Shown here piece by piece: positions 1 to 8,881 of a DNA stretch of 64,000 nucleotides (position 1 is the first letter of the stretch; every line of letters begins with the position of its first letter). Both the position numbers and the translations under genes were made by a program. The notes under the pieces are model-generated. The model was not told where the DNA came from, did not search any database, and saw only the letters and a program-made list of their open reading frames with translations. The stretch covers positions 8,367 to 72,366 of the forward strand of contig CAZNVG010000001.1 of the NCBI GenBank assembly GCA_964576475.1, read 5' to 3'. This DNA comes from an uncultured Candidatus Saccharibacteria bacterium. GTDB lineage: Bacteria; Patescibacteriota; Saccharimonadia; Saccharimonadales; CAZNVG01.

Positions 1-378
1 GAATCAGTGTTTGGTGGTGAGATTACTCAGGTCATACGATTCAAAGACCTCGAGGGTCCTGAGTTTCTTGTACCTACAGACGAAGCTGAAAGTATCATGC
101 GGATTGTGCTGCCAATTGGAAATAATACGTTAATAGCGAATGACGTCCCTAAGGGCATGGGGCCTGTGAACGAGCAAGAAAACCGATCGAAGATCTCGGT
201 TACTGCCAATACACGCGAAGAAGCGGATAAAATCTTTACAGGTCTCTCAGATGGCGGATCAGTCGAAATGCCAATGAGCGACAGTCCATGGGCGACGTAT
301 TTCGGAATGCTTAGGGATAAATACGGCATTGAATGGACGGTTGAGTTCACTCAGAGCACAGATACTCCGTCTCAATAA
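1..378 (+). CDS. VOC/glyoxalase-fold protein (PhnB-like), probably 5'-truncated by the window edge
   Basis: C-terminal motif DSPWATYFGMLRDKYGIEW is typical of PhnB/VOC-family proteins. The reading frame is open from base 1. Confidence 0.5.
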   Translation, partial: ESVFGGEITQVIRFKDLEGPEFLVPTDEAESIMRIVLPIGNNTLIANDVPKGMGPVNEQENRSKISVTANTREEADKIFTGLSDGGSVEMPMSDSPWATYFGMLRDKYGIEWTVEFTQSTDTPSQ

Positions 379-517
379 GACAGGGGTTTACTTGATCTGC
401 TACATCAACTAAACCAATGAGACATAGACCTCTTTACCTTTTATGGTAGTGAATATTTCAAAGAGACGATATAATAGATCACGAAATATTAAATAATCAG
501 TTTGAAGGATTATAAAC

Positions 518-709
518 ATGGTTACAGGATACTGCGTTAAGTGTAAAGAAAAGGGCGTTGAGCTCTCAGCTGCTGAAATTGTACAGACTGCAAAGGGCGG
601 ATTCATGGCTAAGGGCAAGCACGAAAAGTGTGGAACAACTGTATGCGCAATGATGTCTAAGGACAACGCTGAAAAAGCTGTAGAAGACGGCGCTAAAAAA
701 GCGTACTAA
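518..709 (+). CDS. small Cys-containing protein (CxxC...CxxxxC), hypothetical
   Basis: 63-aa ORF. A TATAAT -10 lies at 470-475 upstream and a rho-independent terminator follows downstream, so it is a monocistronic unit. Confidence 0.45.
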   Translation: MVTGYCVKCKEKGVELSAAEIVQTAKGGFMAKGKHEKCGTTVCAMMSKDNAEKAVEDGAKKAY

Positions 710-741
710 GTTTACAAACGAATAAAGCGTTACGCTTTACA

Positions 742-768
742 AGAGCTCCCGAACTAGGGAGCTTTTTG
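742..768 (+). terminator. rho-independent terminator (stem AGAGCTCCC/GGGAGCT, loop GAACTA, then TTTTT)
   Basis: Perfect GC-rich hairpin followed by a T-run, directly after the 518-709 ORF. Confidence 0.6.
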
Positions 769-781
769 TTATATTGAGTTT

Positions 782-1069
782 ATGTCATTTCAAGCATATC
801 TAGACAACATCGAACGCCAAACTGGTAAAACTCCTAATGAATTCATACAAATGGCCGAAGAAAAGGGTTTTGGAGCAGATACGAAAGCTAGCGAAATCGT
901 TTCATGGCTAAAGCAAGATTTCGAGCTGGGACACGGTCATGCGATGGCGTTGGTGCATGTGATTAAAAAAGGCCCAAAGATTGGCGACAAGCACGTCAAT
1001 ACCAGTGGAACCCATAGTGATGATAGCGACACATTGCGACTAGATGGAATAGACAACAGAGAGAAGTAG
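782..1069 (+). CDS. DUF4287 domain protein
   Basis: N-terminus MSFQAYLDNIERQTGKTPNEF matches the conserved DUF4287 start. Confidence 0.55.
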   Translation: MSFQAYLDNIERQTGKTPNEFIQMAEEKGFGADTKASEIVSWLKQDFELGHGHAMALVHVIKKGPKIGDKHVNTSGTHSDDSDTLRLDGIDNREK

Positions 1070-1099
1070 TTATTATCGGAAACGGCCGCCCGCACTTAT

Positions 1100-1504
1100 C
1101 TATTTCGATTTATTCTTTTTCGCCTTGTTGAACTCAATCGCTTTGCTAACCAAGTCTTGTAGGGCTTGAGTATTTACGGAGTCACCTTCTCGGTACTCAA
1201 TAGCTCGAATATCTTTGCTCATAAGTCGTGCATTGAATTGCTTTTGCGGATCGCTCAACTCAGCGCCGTAGCTAAACAAAAGTTTGATGTTGTCTTTCCA
1301 GATTTCTGCAAAACAAATGATTCCGTTATGCGTCCAGACTGCTAGACCTTCTGGTCGAGTTGCCATTCGCCACTTAATTTCCTCTGCTATTTCCGCGTTC
1401 GATTCCAATATTGCTGTGCGAATGTCTTTCAGTATGTCGGCCTTCCAGCCGCCATGTTTCTCAATAATGTCATCTATCTGCTGTGCAACTGGCTTGTCTT
1501 CCAT
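1100..1504 (-). CDS. DUF1801 (YdhG-like) domain protein
   Basis: Size and sequence pattern (KHGGWKADILKDIR..., NIKLLFSYGAEL) resemble the DUF1801 family. Confidence 0.5.
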   Translation of the reverse strand: MEDKPVAQQIDDIIEKHGGWKADILKDIRTAILESNAEIAEEIKWRMATRPEGLAVWTHNGIICFAEIWKDNIKLLFSYGAELSDPQKQFNARLMSKDIRAIEYREGDSVNTQALQDLVSKAIEFNKAKKNKSK

Positions 1505-1589
1505 CGATACGTTCCTCGTTATCTACTAGTTTTAGTATACGGTAGTGTCGCGTGCGTAGTACTCTCCATATGTTTGCTATGATTGATGC

Positions 1590-1940
1590 ATGGACGAGCA
1601 CAGGATATATGATATGAGCTTTGCGAGTGTATACCCACTCTACGTAGCCAAGGCAGAGCGAAAAGAGCGAACTGGTGCTGAGGTTGATGAGATTATTACA
1701 TGGTTAACTGGCTACACGGCAGAGCAACTCAGCGAGCAGATCGCACAGGATACGACATTTCGAGAGTTCTTTGCGAAAGCGCCGCACTTGAATCCTGCTC
1801 GCAAACTAATTACCGGAGTGGTGTGTGGAGTACGCGTTGAAGACATAGAGCAACCTTTAATGCAAGAGATCCGTTACCTAGACAAACTTGTCGATGAGCT
1901 TGCTAAGGGAAAGAGTATGGAGAAAATACTTCGAGCCTGA
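1590..1940 (+). CDS. DUF2200 domain protein
   Basis: [25 protein letters not shown]...ITWLTGYT is a characteristic DUF2200 N-terminus. Confidence 0.55.
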   Translation: MDEHRIYDMSFASVYPLYVAKAERKERTGAEVDEIITWLTGYTAEQLSEQIAQDTTFREFFAKAPHLNPARKLITGVVCGVRVEDIEQPLMQEIRYLDKLVDELAKGKSMEKILRA

Positions 1941-1975
1941 AAAGGCTGTATCAATGCTAAAGGAATGGGAAAAGT

Positions 1976-2257
1976 ATGAATCGAGCATTAATTAATTACA
2001 CTTTTATTGCTGTCGGCGTAGTTATGACTGCGCCCATTATCCTATCGCTATTTGCAAAAGACTCAGCAATGTCTACACAGGACTATGTTTCGTGGGCAGT
2101 ATTTATGGTCATGTTGGGTCTACTGTATTGGGTAACGACTACTGTTATTGCTGAGCGATGGAGAAGTTTGGCGACAATATTCTTTTCGATAACCGTGCTT
2201 CTCGTTTGGGTTGAGCTTGCAGTGGGGCTATTTGGCTCATCAATAGCAGGTAGCTGA
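1976..2257 (+). CDS. small membrane protein (2-3 TM), hypothetical
   Basis: Hydrophobic 93-aa ORF with no recognisable family. Confidence 0.35.
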   Translation: MNRALINYTFIAVGVVMTAPIILSLFAKDSAMSTQDYVSWAVFMVMLGLLYWVTTTVIAERWRSLATIFFSITVLLVWVELAVGLFGSSIAGS

Positions 2258-2287
2258 GTAGATCGAAGTATTGCAAAATAAGCATAA

Positions 2288-3235
2288 ATGTGTTATATTG
2301 TTGCAATGTTACACGACAATTTAGAGCAAGAGAGTTCACATTTTGAGTATCTATTACCTGAAGAGTTAGGTGGCGGTAGTCTGCATGAGGCTGACTATCA
2401 AGTGTCGCCTGGCACAGAGGCACTTATACGAAAAATGAGCGGTGAATCTGTTGATCCTAAGCTTCAAGCTTCTGGCATCGTAAAGCTGGTATGTGCAGAG
2501 TATGTCACGCCGGGCGATATGGCTATTTTGGAAGAGCTCACGCTCAATCCAGACACTGATCTTCTTCGGACAATGAGCGACACGGATGACCTGCTTCATG
2601 ACCAGTACGACCTTAACGAAGCGCTTCGCATTTTTCGTCCTGTTGCCACTCTGCTTGAAGCAAAACTAGATGTTTCGATAGAACTTACTGAAAAAGAACG
2701 AAGTACCCTGCAAACATTTCACGCTTTTTCTGCCATAGCCCACACAATTGATACTGAGTTGGCTAAAGGTTACCGTGCCGAAGAAGAGAGCCCAATAAGC
2801 TCTGTAGTTCCTGAAGGATCTTACGTGATCGATTATGATTATAAAAAGTCGGTCGCTCTGAGTCCTCGTCGAGTAAGCGCTAGTATCGGTCGACCTATGA
2901 CACCTGTCTATACACTGGAAGGCGAATTTAGTAATGAATCAATAGACGATTCAGTTGTAGAAGCGGACGGGAATAAAACCAAAGGAAGTTTCGACCGTGT
3001 GCTCGCATTTGTTAACGGCGAAACTGACCGTGCTGACATGTATGACATTTCATTAGTGGACACGCTACTTGGCGAGGAAGCTTTGGTTTCGTTGTCTATG
3101 CAGTCTCGTTTAGGACGTATTGCTGCAGTTGCTGCTGGTTATAGAGAGCGACTTGAAGCTTGGGGCGGAAGCCAAACTGTCTTCAAAGTAGACTGGGTGC
3201 AAGTTGTTCGAGGTGGACTTGTCTCTCCTAAGTAA
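2288..3235 (+). CDS. hypothetical protein (acidic, soluble, 315 aa)
   Basis: Long ORF with no recognisable motif. Its stop is 2 nt before the next ORF's ATG, indicating translational coupling. Confidence 0.5.
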   Translation: MCYIVAMLHDNLEQESSHFEYLLPEELGGGSLHEADYQVSPGTEALIRKMSGESVDPKLQASGIVKLVCAEYVTPGDMAILEELTLNPDTDLLRTMSDTDDLLHDQYDLNEALRIFRPVATLLEAKLDVSIELTEKERSTLQTFHAFSAIAHTIDTELAKGYRAEEESPISSVVPEGSYVIDYDYKKSVALSPRRVSASIGRPMTPVYTLEGEFSNESIDDSVVEADGNKTKGSFDRVLAFVNGETDRADMYDISLVDTLLGEEALVSLSMQSRLGRIAAVAAGYRERLEAWGGSQTVFKVDWVQVVRGGLVSPK

Positions 3236-3237
3236 GC

Positions 3238-4011
3238 ATGATGTTTGAGGAACCACTACTTACACGACACGATCTAGATGTTCGTGCGCGCGAAATTTCT
3301 CGCAGTGAGCTAGAGTTTACGTTTCCTGATCAAATACCTCAACTCGTAGACTCAGAAGCCGACACTTCAGCATTGCTGTCAAGAACACTAGAAGAGGCTA
3401 GGATATATATTCGCTTCGGAAGTATTGGAGCACTGGCTGTAGCGCTTAGTGAGCCAGGCGTGCCACCAAAAGGTAGCATCAAAGAGTTTGCGCAATACCG
3501 CAAGGATTTACATTTAGTGATAGCTGGCTTGCAGCTGTTTTCATCATCAAAAGCGCCTGACAGCATCCGAACTTTGGCGCGAGCAATGGGAAGAGTTAAG
3601 GATTCACGAGGTACGGCTACTCAATCTGTAGACGATCTTGCGCTTGTACATCAGTTAGCAGGAGTGTCTCGTCTTGGCTCACATGAACCCGTTGCGCCAA
3701 AATCTGCCCGCAAACGTATGCATGCTCGCGAAAAGGCGATACTACACCTCTCGTCAGGCGAGCCTATGACAGAGCATGAGTACCATAAGGCTCGAAGGCA
3801 CGTTCGGCAACTACGCTACGCCTATGCGATCGGTGCGACTTTGACGCGAGATATTGATGGTCCAATGGCGCGAACCGCAGTAGCGCTACTGAAGCTCAAT
3901 AACCTATTGGGTGCAGGGCTTGGTTCGCAGACAAACGAGGATAGTTTTCAGCCGCCCGAGCAAGCGAAGGCTCTGCTAGAGCAATGGAAGCAAGCTGCTC
4001 GCGTAAAATAA
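3238..4011 (+). CDS. hypothetical protein (257 aa, basic C-terminal half)
   Basis: Long ORF immediately downstream of and coupled to 2288-3235. No recognisable family. Confidence 0.5.
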   Translation: MMFEEPLLTRHDLDVRAREISRSELEFTFPDQIPQLVDSEADTSALLSRTLEEARIYIRFGSIGALAVALSEPGVPPKGSIKEFAQYRKDLHLVIAGLQLFSSSKAPDSIRTLARAMGRVKDSRGTATQSVDDLALVHQLAGVSRLGSHEPVAPKSARKRMHAREKAILHLSSGEPMTEHEYHKARRHVRQLRYAYAIGATLTRDIDGPMARTAVALLKLNNLLGAGLGSQTNEDSFQPPEQAKALLEQWKQAARVK

Positions 4012-4091
4012 CAGATTGACAGCATTGCTTCTAACTGCTAAAGTTTTTCAGGTCAATAAGGGACACCAACAAGAGTTACCGTAGACACGAT

Positions 4092-4646
4092 ATGCGGCGA
4101 CTCTTTTATTTTGCTATGCAACCTATTCCAAAATCATGTATCACTAACGAAATCAAAGAAGATGATTATCTTCCGATTAACCCTCAAGAAGTGGGGCGTT
4201 TTGAAGGCAACATCACGAATGCCGGCACCTATCTTGCAAACCTTGTACTTCCTATGCCGTCTTTGGATAGAGGGGTGCCGACAGTCTTTACGCACTTCGA
4301 TGGTGTTGATGCGCTCAATAAGTTTGACCCATCAGGTAAAGATGCCATCGACGACGACGAACGGACTATTAATTACAGTGGTTTGATCACCATGCGGCGC
4401 GCCAGTGACGTCGGGCGGCTGGTCGTTGTTGCTGCAGTCGTAGAACGACGCGGTTTTGCTTCAATTGGAAGAATTGGAGCGCAAAGGGGAACGAAGAAGA
4501 ATACAGCAGATGCGCTAGATATAGTTCGGTTTGGCATTGAGAAGCCGGAGCTAGGATTTGATACCGAACGCGGCGAAATGGTGGTCGTGTCAGGCGCTTC
4601 GATGATTACTCGTGGTATTCATCATCTCTTTCCAAAAACTCAGTAG
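4092..4646 (+). CDS. hypothetical protein (184 aa)
   Basis: Third unrecognised ORF in the same orientation, 80 nt downstream of 3238-4011. Confidence 0.45.
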   Translation: MRRLFYFAMQPIPKSCITNEIKEDDYLPINPQEVGRFEGNITNAGTYLANLVLPMPSLDRGVPTVFTHFDGVDALNKFDPSGKDAIDDDERTINYSGLITMRRASDVGRLVVVAAVVERRGFASIGRIGAQRGTKKNTADALDIVRFGIEKPELGFDTERGEMVVVSGASMITRGIHHLFPKTQ

Positions 4647-4735
4647 ATGACTACACAAAGTGCTTGTGCTGTAGCTAATTTTTCGCTATTCTATTTGTAA
4701 GTTCTTCAAAAAATCAAAAAAAGAGGTGGAAAAAA

Positions 4736-4885
4736 ATGAAACAAACAATTGCTATTCGTGTTTTCAGTGAACTAGGTGATTCAGTAGTACCGGTACGACT
4801 AAGTAGTGCTATGAAATCATGTCAGTCAATCAGGCTAGAACACTACACATCAAGCCAAACAGTTGTCGTTCGACGCGTCGCTTAG
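4736..4885 (+). CDS. possible 49-aa miniprotein (MKQTIAIRVFSELGDSVVPVRLSSAMKSCQSIRLEHYTSSQTVVVRRVA)
   Basis: Strong SD (AAGAGGTGG) 6 nt upstream of the ATG. The ORF is below the track's 60-aa cutoff and its end overlaps the convergent glycosidase gene by 4 nt. Confidence 0.25.
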   Translation: MKQTIAIRVFSELGDSVVPVRLSSAMKSCQSIRLEHYTSSQTVVVRRVA

Positions 4886-6258
4886 GCTTCGTGCGCGAGG
4901 TCTAGAGCAAGCGCAGCAGTCCATGTAAAATTCTCGCCGCCCAGACCGTGACCCGTGAATGGATCAAAGTATTCTCGCATACCCGCGATTTCGATTGTCT
5001 CCAAAGTTCTATCTCGCACTAACCGTGCCTCGTCATGATAACCGTAGTCTTTTAGTCCCTGAATGATCATCCAGTTCATGTTCACCCAGACAGGGCCTTG
5101 CCAGTATTTTTGTGAATGAAAAATTGATGAACTTGTTGGTACTGTCGGTATAGGTAGTGGCGTACTAAAGCGTTCTGGACGCAACAATAACCCTTCCACT
5201 AACTCTTTTGCACGTTTTTTCGTAATCCCACCACCGTATAGCGGTAACAGTGTCGCAATACTACTGCTTCGAATGAGATTTTTAGTTCGATAACTACGTG
5301 AATAGTAGGTCTTATGCTCATCGTCCCAAAATAGCTCCATCGCTGATTCTGTTTTTCGGGCATTCTTTCGTAGCTTCTCAGGCAAGGGAACTCTAATCTC
5401 GGCAGAGATGTTTTCTAATTGCCTGTTGGCTTTGCAAAACATGGCGTTAAATGCAAGGTCCTCAAGCGCAAACTTCGTAGTGGCTAATACTTTCTTGGTT
5501 TCATAGTTTTTGCGTTTGATTTGTCGTTGAATGCTATACAGCGTTAGGTTATCTATCGTATCTGTTCGCTGTCCAAAAGGAGCATACTTCTTATCTCGTC
5601 GTACCTGTGCCAGCACTAAGTCTAGTTGCAGAAAATCTACCGCCTTAACCCACAGAGGACGGCCGTGACGTTTCAATTGAGTAATCCAGGGCGGAGAGTC
5701 GTCCATTCCAGACTCCCAAGGGTGAAGCAGTACGACAAGACCTGAGTTCTGCGGGTCACGATCTTCATACAACCATGTGTGATATCTAACTATTTTTGGC
5801 AACATTGCGTGATAAAAACTGTGTCGCTCGGCTTTTGGCATTTTCTGACCCACAAGCCAAACGGCTTCGGCAAGTATGGGGGGTTGCGTGATCCCACTTG
5901 TCGCTATATCTGTTGGTGCATCGGGATGCTGTCTGCCTTGCCACACCCAGAATTCTTTTGAATCGCCCGGATGGAGAAGCATGTGTGGCAACATGCCATT
6001 TTTCCATTGACCTCGCACAAGGCTACGTAACTCTTTGGCTGCGCGTTGAGCGTCAACATGCCGAAGACCAATTGCCGTGAAGCAGCTATCCCACAACCAC
6101 TGATGCGGGTAGAGCCCAGTCGCGGGAATCGTATAATTACCACGATCATTGAGTGCGAATACTCGATGAGCGAGTGTTTCTATTTCCTTGTGTTTCCTTT
6201 GTACCATCTCTGCGAGTAAGTATAACCAATATGTACTCGTATAACTATTAGTAACCAC
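4882..6258 (-). CDS. six-hairpin (alpha/alpha)6 glycoside hydrolase, GH63/MGH/GDE_C-like
   Basis: Motifs LWDSCF, HPWESGMDDSP and YFDPFTGHGLGGENFTWTAAL resemble GH63-type or debranching-type glucosidases. Confidence 0.55.
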   Translation of the reverse strand: MVTNSYTSTYWLYLLAEMVQRKHKEIETLAHRVFALNDRGNYTIPATGLYPHQWLWDSCFTAIGLRHVDAQRAAKELRSLVRGQWKNGMLPHMLLHPGDSKEFWVWQGRQHPDAPTDIATSGITQPPILAEAVWLVGQKMPKAERHSFYHAMLPKIVRYHTWLYEDRDPQNSGLVVLLHPWESGMDDSPPWITQLKRHGRPLWVKAVDFLQLDLVLAQVRRDKKYAPFGQRTDTIDNLTLYSIQRQIKRKNYETKKVLATTKFALEDLAFNAMFCKANRQLENISAEIRVPLPEKLRKNARKTESAMELFWDDEHKTYYSRSYRTKNLIRSSSIATLLPLYGGGITKKRAKELVEGLLLRPERFSTPLPIPTVPTSSSIFHSQKYWQGPVWVNMNWMIIQGLKDYGYHDEARLVRDRTLETIEIAGMREYFDPFTGHGLGGENFTWTAALALDLAHEA

Positions 6259-6290
6259 TAATTACTGCAGTTTGTTTGCGCGTGAGCTGT

Positions 6291-6791
6291 TTATCTGTAG
6301 TTGGTGAAGTCGACTGGAAAAGGCAGGTCGGCGGATCGTAGCAAATTCATAACTGACTGAAGTTCGTCTTTTTTGGGACTAGTAACGCGAACTTCTTCTC
6401 CTTGGATCTGAGTTTTCACTTTCGGATATGTATCACGAATCATTTTAGTGATTTGCTTAGCTTTTTCTTGATCGAGACCCTTAACGAGCGTTAAGCGCTT
6501 TCGAATGATCATATTATGCTGCATTGGTTCTGCGGAAGTATCGAGGACCAGCGGACTTATGCCGGCGCCGGCGAGACGTTTACGTAAGATGTCTTCAATA
6601 CTGGCGATATGAAAATCATTATCTCCATAGATCATGAGTGTTTTCTTAGTACCATCTTCAAACTCTGCCTTAGCGTTGGTGCCCTTGAAGTCATAGCGTG
6701 CCGCAATGTCCCGCTGCGTCTGCTCAAGTGCATTCGTGAGTTTGGCGATATCGTAGTCAGAAACAATGTCGAATGATGAATCCTTTGCCAT
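6291..6791 (-). CDS. yajQ: YajQ family (UPF0234) nucleotide-binding protein
   Basis: Start MAKDSSFDIVSDYDIAKLTNALEQ and end LPFPVDFTNYR match the YajQ pattern. The start was moved to the internal ATG, because the track ORF carries a spurious 32-aa hydrophobic extension. Confidence 0.7.
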   Translation of the reverse strand: MAKDSSFDIVSDYDIAKLTNALEQTQRDIAARYDFKGTNAKAEFEDGTKKTLMIYGDNDFHIASIEDILRKRLAGAGISPLVLDTSAEPMQHNMIIRKRLTLVKGLDQEKAKQITKMIRDTYPKVKTQIQGEEVRVTSPKKDELQSVMNLLRSADLPFPVDFTNYR

Positions 6792-6870
6792 ATAACGTAG
6801 CTTAACACAATACACACCGGTATGTGTCGCACCTGCTATACTTTTTAAAGCAAAACGAAGGAGTAAAGTA

Positions 6871-7458
6871 ATGAAAATAGTTATCATATCTGGCAGTCAT
6901 CGTAAGGGTAGTGAATCTTTACGTGTTGCAGAGTATTTGTCGAGTCGTGTTCAATCTCTTAAGCTCGCCGAAAGTACTGTCCTGGATCTATACGCGCAAC
7001 CCATAAGTTTCGATCCAGATGTCATATGGAGCGGTCAGGACGAAAACTTCAATAACCACGAGAAAGTTCTCACAGAAGCGGACGCGGTGGTTGTAGTGTC
7101 GCCAGAGTGGGGCGGCGTCGCCAGTCCAATGCTTAAGAATTATCTTATCTTTTCAAAAGCTCTATATCACAAACCGGGCCTTGCGGTCGGCGTATCCAGT
7201 AGTAGGGGTGGTGCCTATCCTATTGCAGAGTTACGCAATGCAAACAAAAACAACCATATAGTTTGGGTACCTGAGCACGTTATTTTTAGAAACGTTGAAA
7301 GTTTGCTTATTGCAAGCGAGCCGGCAGACAAAGACGACAGTTACATTCGTGACAGGAGTGACTATGCACTAGGAGTACTTGCACAATATGCTACGGCGAT
7401 CAAACAGGTCAGAGAAAGTGATGTGCTCGATCGAGAGACATATCCTAATGGAATGTAA
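6871..7458 (+). CDS. NADPH-dependent FMN reductase / flavodoxin-like NAD(P)H oxidoreductase
   Basis: MKIVIISGSHRKGSES...VVVVSPEWGG is typical of the FMN_red family. Divergent from yajQ. Confidence 0.6.
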   Translation: MKIVIISGSHRKGSESLRVAEYLSSRVQSLKLAESTVLDLYAQPISFDPDVIWSGQDENFNNHEKVLTEADAVVVVSPEWGGVASPMLKNYLIFSKALYHKPGLAVGVSSSRGGAYPIAELRNANKNNHIVWVPEHVIFRNVESLLIASEPADKDDSYIRDRSDYALGVLAQYATAIKQVRESDVLDRETYPNGM

Positions 7459-7505
7459 TGGATGAATCTACAGAGATAGAATTCTGAACAATATACCGTA
7501 TAATC

Positions 7506-8552
7506 ATGAGTAATATGAACTATTCGAATCCACGCATTGCTGAAGTTGCCGCTATGCTTTTCAAGCGACTAGAGGAGACAGAAGACAAATCTTCTATCCT
7601 ACGAGCTACCGAATTACATGCTCTCTACGCAGAGATACCTACGCTTGCACAGGAAAAACGTGGTGCGTTTGGCAAAGAACTCAACATGCTCAAGACCGAA
7701 TTAACTGAAAAGGTAGCTGCGCATGCAGATGCTGCAGTTGTGCGTACACCAATCGATGTTACTGCACCTTATGACGAAAACATCACACCAAAACAACGAC
7801 CAACATTACTTGGTCCGTCAAAAGGCAGCAAACACCCTCTAATGGCCGAATTAGAGATAGTGCTCGATATATTTTCACGAATGGGCTTTGACACTATTGA
7901 AAGCCGGCAGATAGATGATGAGTATCATATGTTTGATAGTCTCAACTTTCCTGCAGAACACCCTGCTCGCGACGACTATGACACTTTCATGACGACCGAT
8001 GGATTCATTGCGCCAGCACATGCCAGCATTATGCAGAATCGCATCCTAAAAGATGGAGCTTCGTCTTTAGACAAAGGCAATGAAATAAGTGCCGTCTACG
8101 CAGGTAGAACTTTTCGCAATGAAGATGTCGATGCGCGTCATGAGCACACCTTTTATCAGGTGGAAATAATGCACGTCGGTAAGTCAGTTACAGCCGGTAA
8201 TCTCATCGCAACGTTCAAAACGTTTCTCGAGGAGTATTACGCACAAGAATTAGAAGTAAAATCACAGCCGTACTACTTTCCTTTCACTGAACCGAGTTTT
8301 GAGCTGGCGCTCAGTTGTCCGTTCTGCAAGAAGGCAGGCTGCCATGTTTGTAGCTACTCTGGTTGGATTGAATTGCTTGGTATGGGTCTTGTTCATCCGA
8401 ATGTGCTTCGTCAAGGCGGTATCGATCCTGATACATACACTGGTTTCGCAGGTGGATTGGGGCTTGATAGACTCGTCATGATGAAATACGGCATCGAAGA
8501 TGTTCGCCTCTTCCACAGCGGTAAACTTGAGTTTTTGAGGCAATTCTCATGA
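7506..8552 (+). CDS. pheS: phenylalanine--tRNA ligase alpha subunit
   Basis: Class II aaRS motifs (FRNEDVDARHEHTFYQVE, GFAGGLGLDRLVMMKYGI). Confidence 0.9.
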   Translation: MSNMNYSNPRIAEVAAMLFKRLEETEDKSSILRATELHALYAEIPTLAQEKRGAFGKELNMLKTELTEKVAAHADAAVVRTPIDVTAPYDENITPKQRPTLLGPSKGSKHPLMAELEIVLDIFSRMGFDTIESRQIDDEYHMFDSLNFPAEHPARDDYDTFMTTDGFIAPAHASIMQNRILKDGASSLDKGNEISAVYAGRTFRNEDVDARHEHTFYQVEIMHVGKSVTAGNLIATFKTFLEEYYAQELEVKSQPYYFPFTEPSFELALSCPFCKKAGCHVCSYSGWIELLGMGLVHPNVLRQGGIDPDTYTGFAGGLGLDRLVMMKYGIEDVRLFHSGKLEFLRQFS

Positions 8553-8881
8553 GCCAAGTAGTAACATTGACTAGGCTTCAAGAAAGCGCGTATGAAGTTG
8601 CGTCGTTGTATCGTCGTGCTGGTGGTATAAAAGGATATACAACATGGACGAGCCGAGACTACGCTCAAGGTTTCAGCAAGGATGTTGGAGACCTCCAAAA
8701 CATTCTGATGGCAAGAGAAAAACTTCGCGATGGTGACGGTAGTGATGAGACGCTCGCACATGAGCTAAGCGACTGCTTGTATTCAATACTTGTGATCGCC
8801 AAGACAGAAGGAATTGACCTTCAAACCGCATTTATGCAGAACATGAACATGTTGAAATCAAAGATTGAGGAGCAACTATGA
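8549..8881 (+). CDS. MazG-like nucleoside triphosphate pyrophosphohydrolase domain protein
   Basis: LAHELSDCLYSILVIAKTEGIDLQTAF resembles the MazG/NTP-PPase helix pair. Overlaps the pheS stop and the pheT start. Confidence 0.5.
   Translation: MSQVVTLTRLQESAYEVASLYRRAGGIKGYTTWTSRDYAQGFSKDVGDLQNILMAREKLRDGDGSDETLAHELSDCLYSILVIAKTEGIDLQTAFMQNMNMLKSKIEEQL

Noticed and set aside
5779-6149. Four overlapping short ORFs on both strands inside the glycosidase gene
   Set aside because: Embedded in a 458-aa conserved-motif ORF. Spurious.
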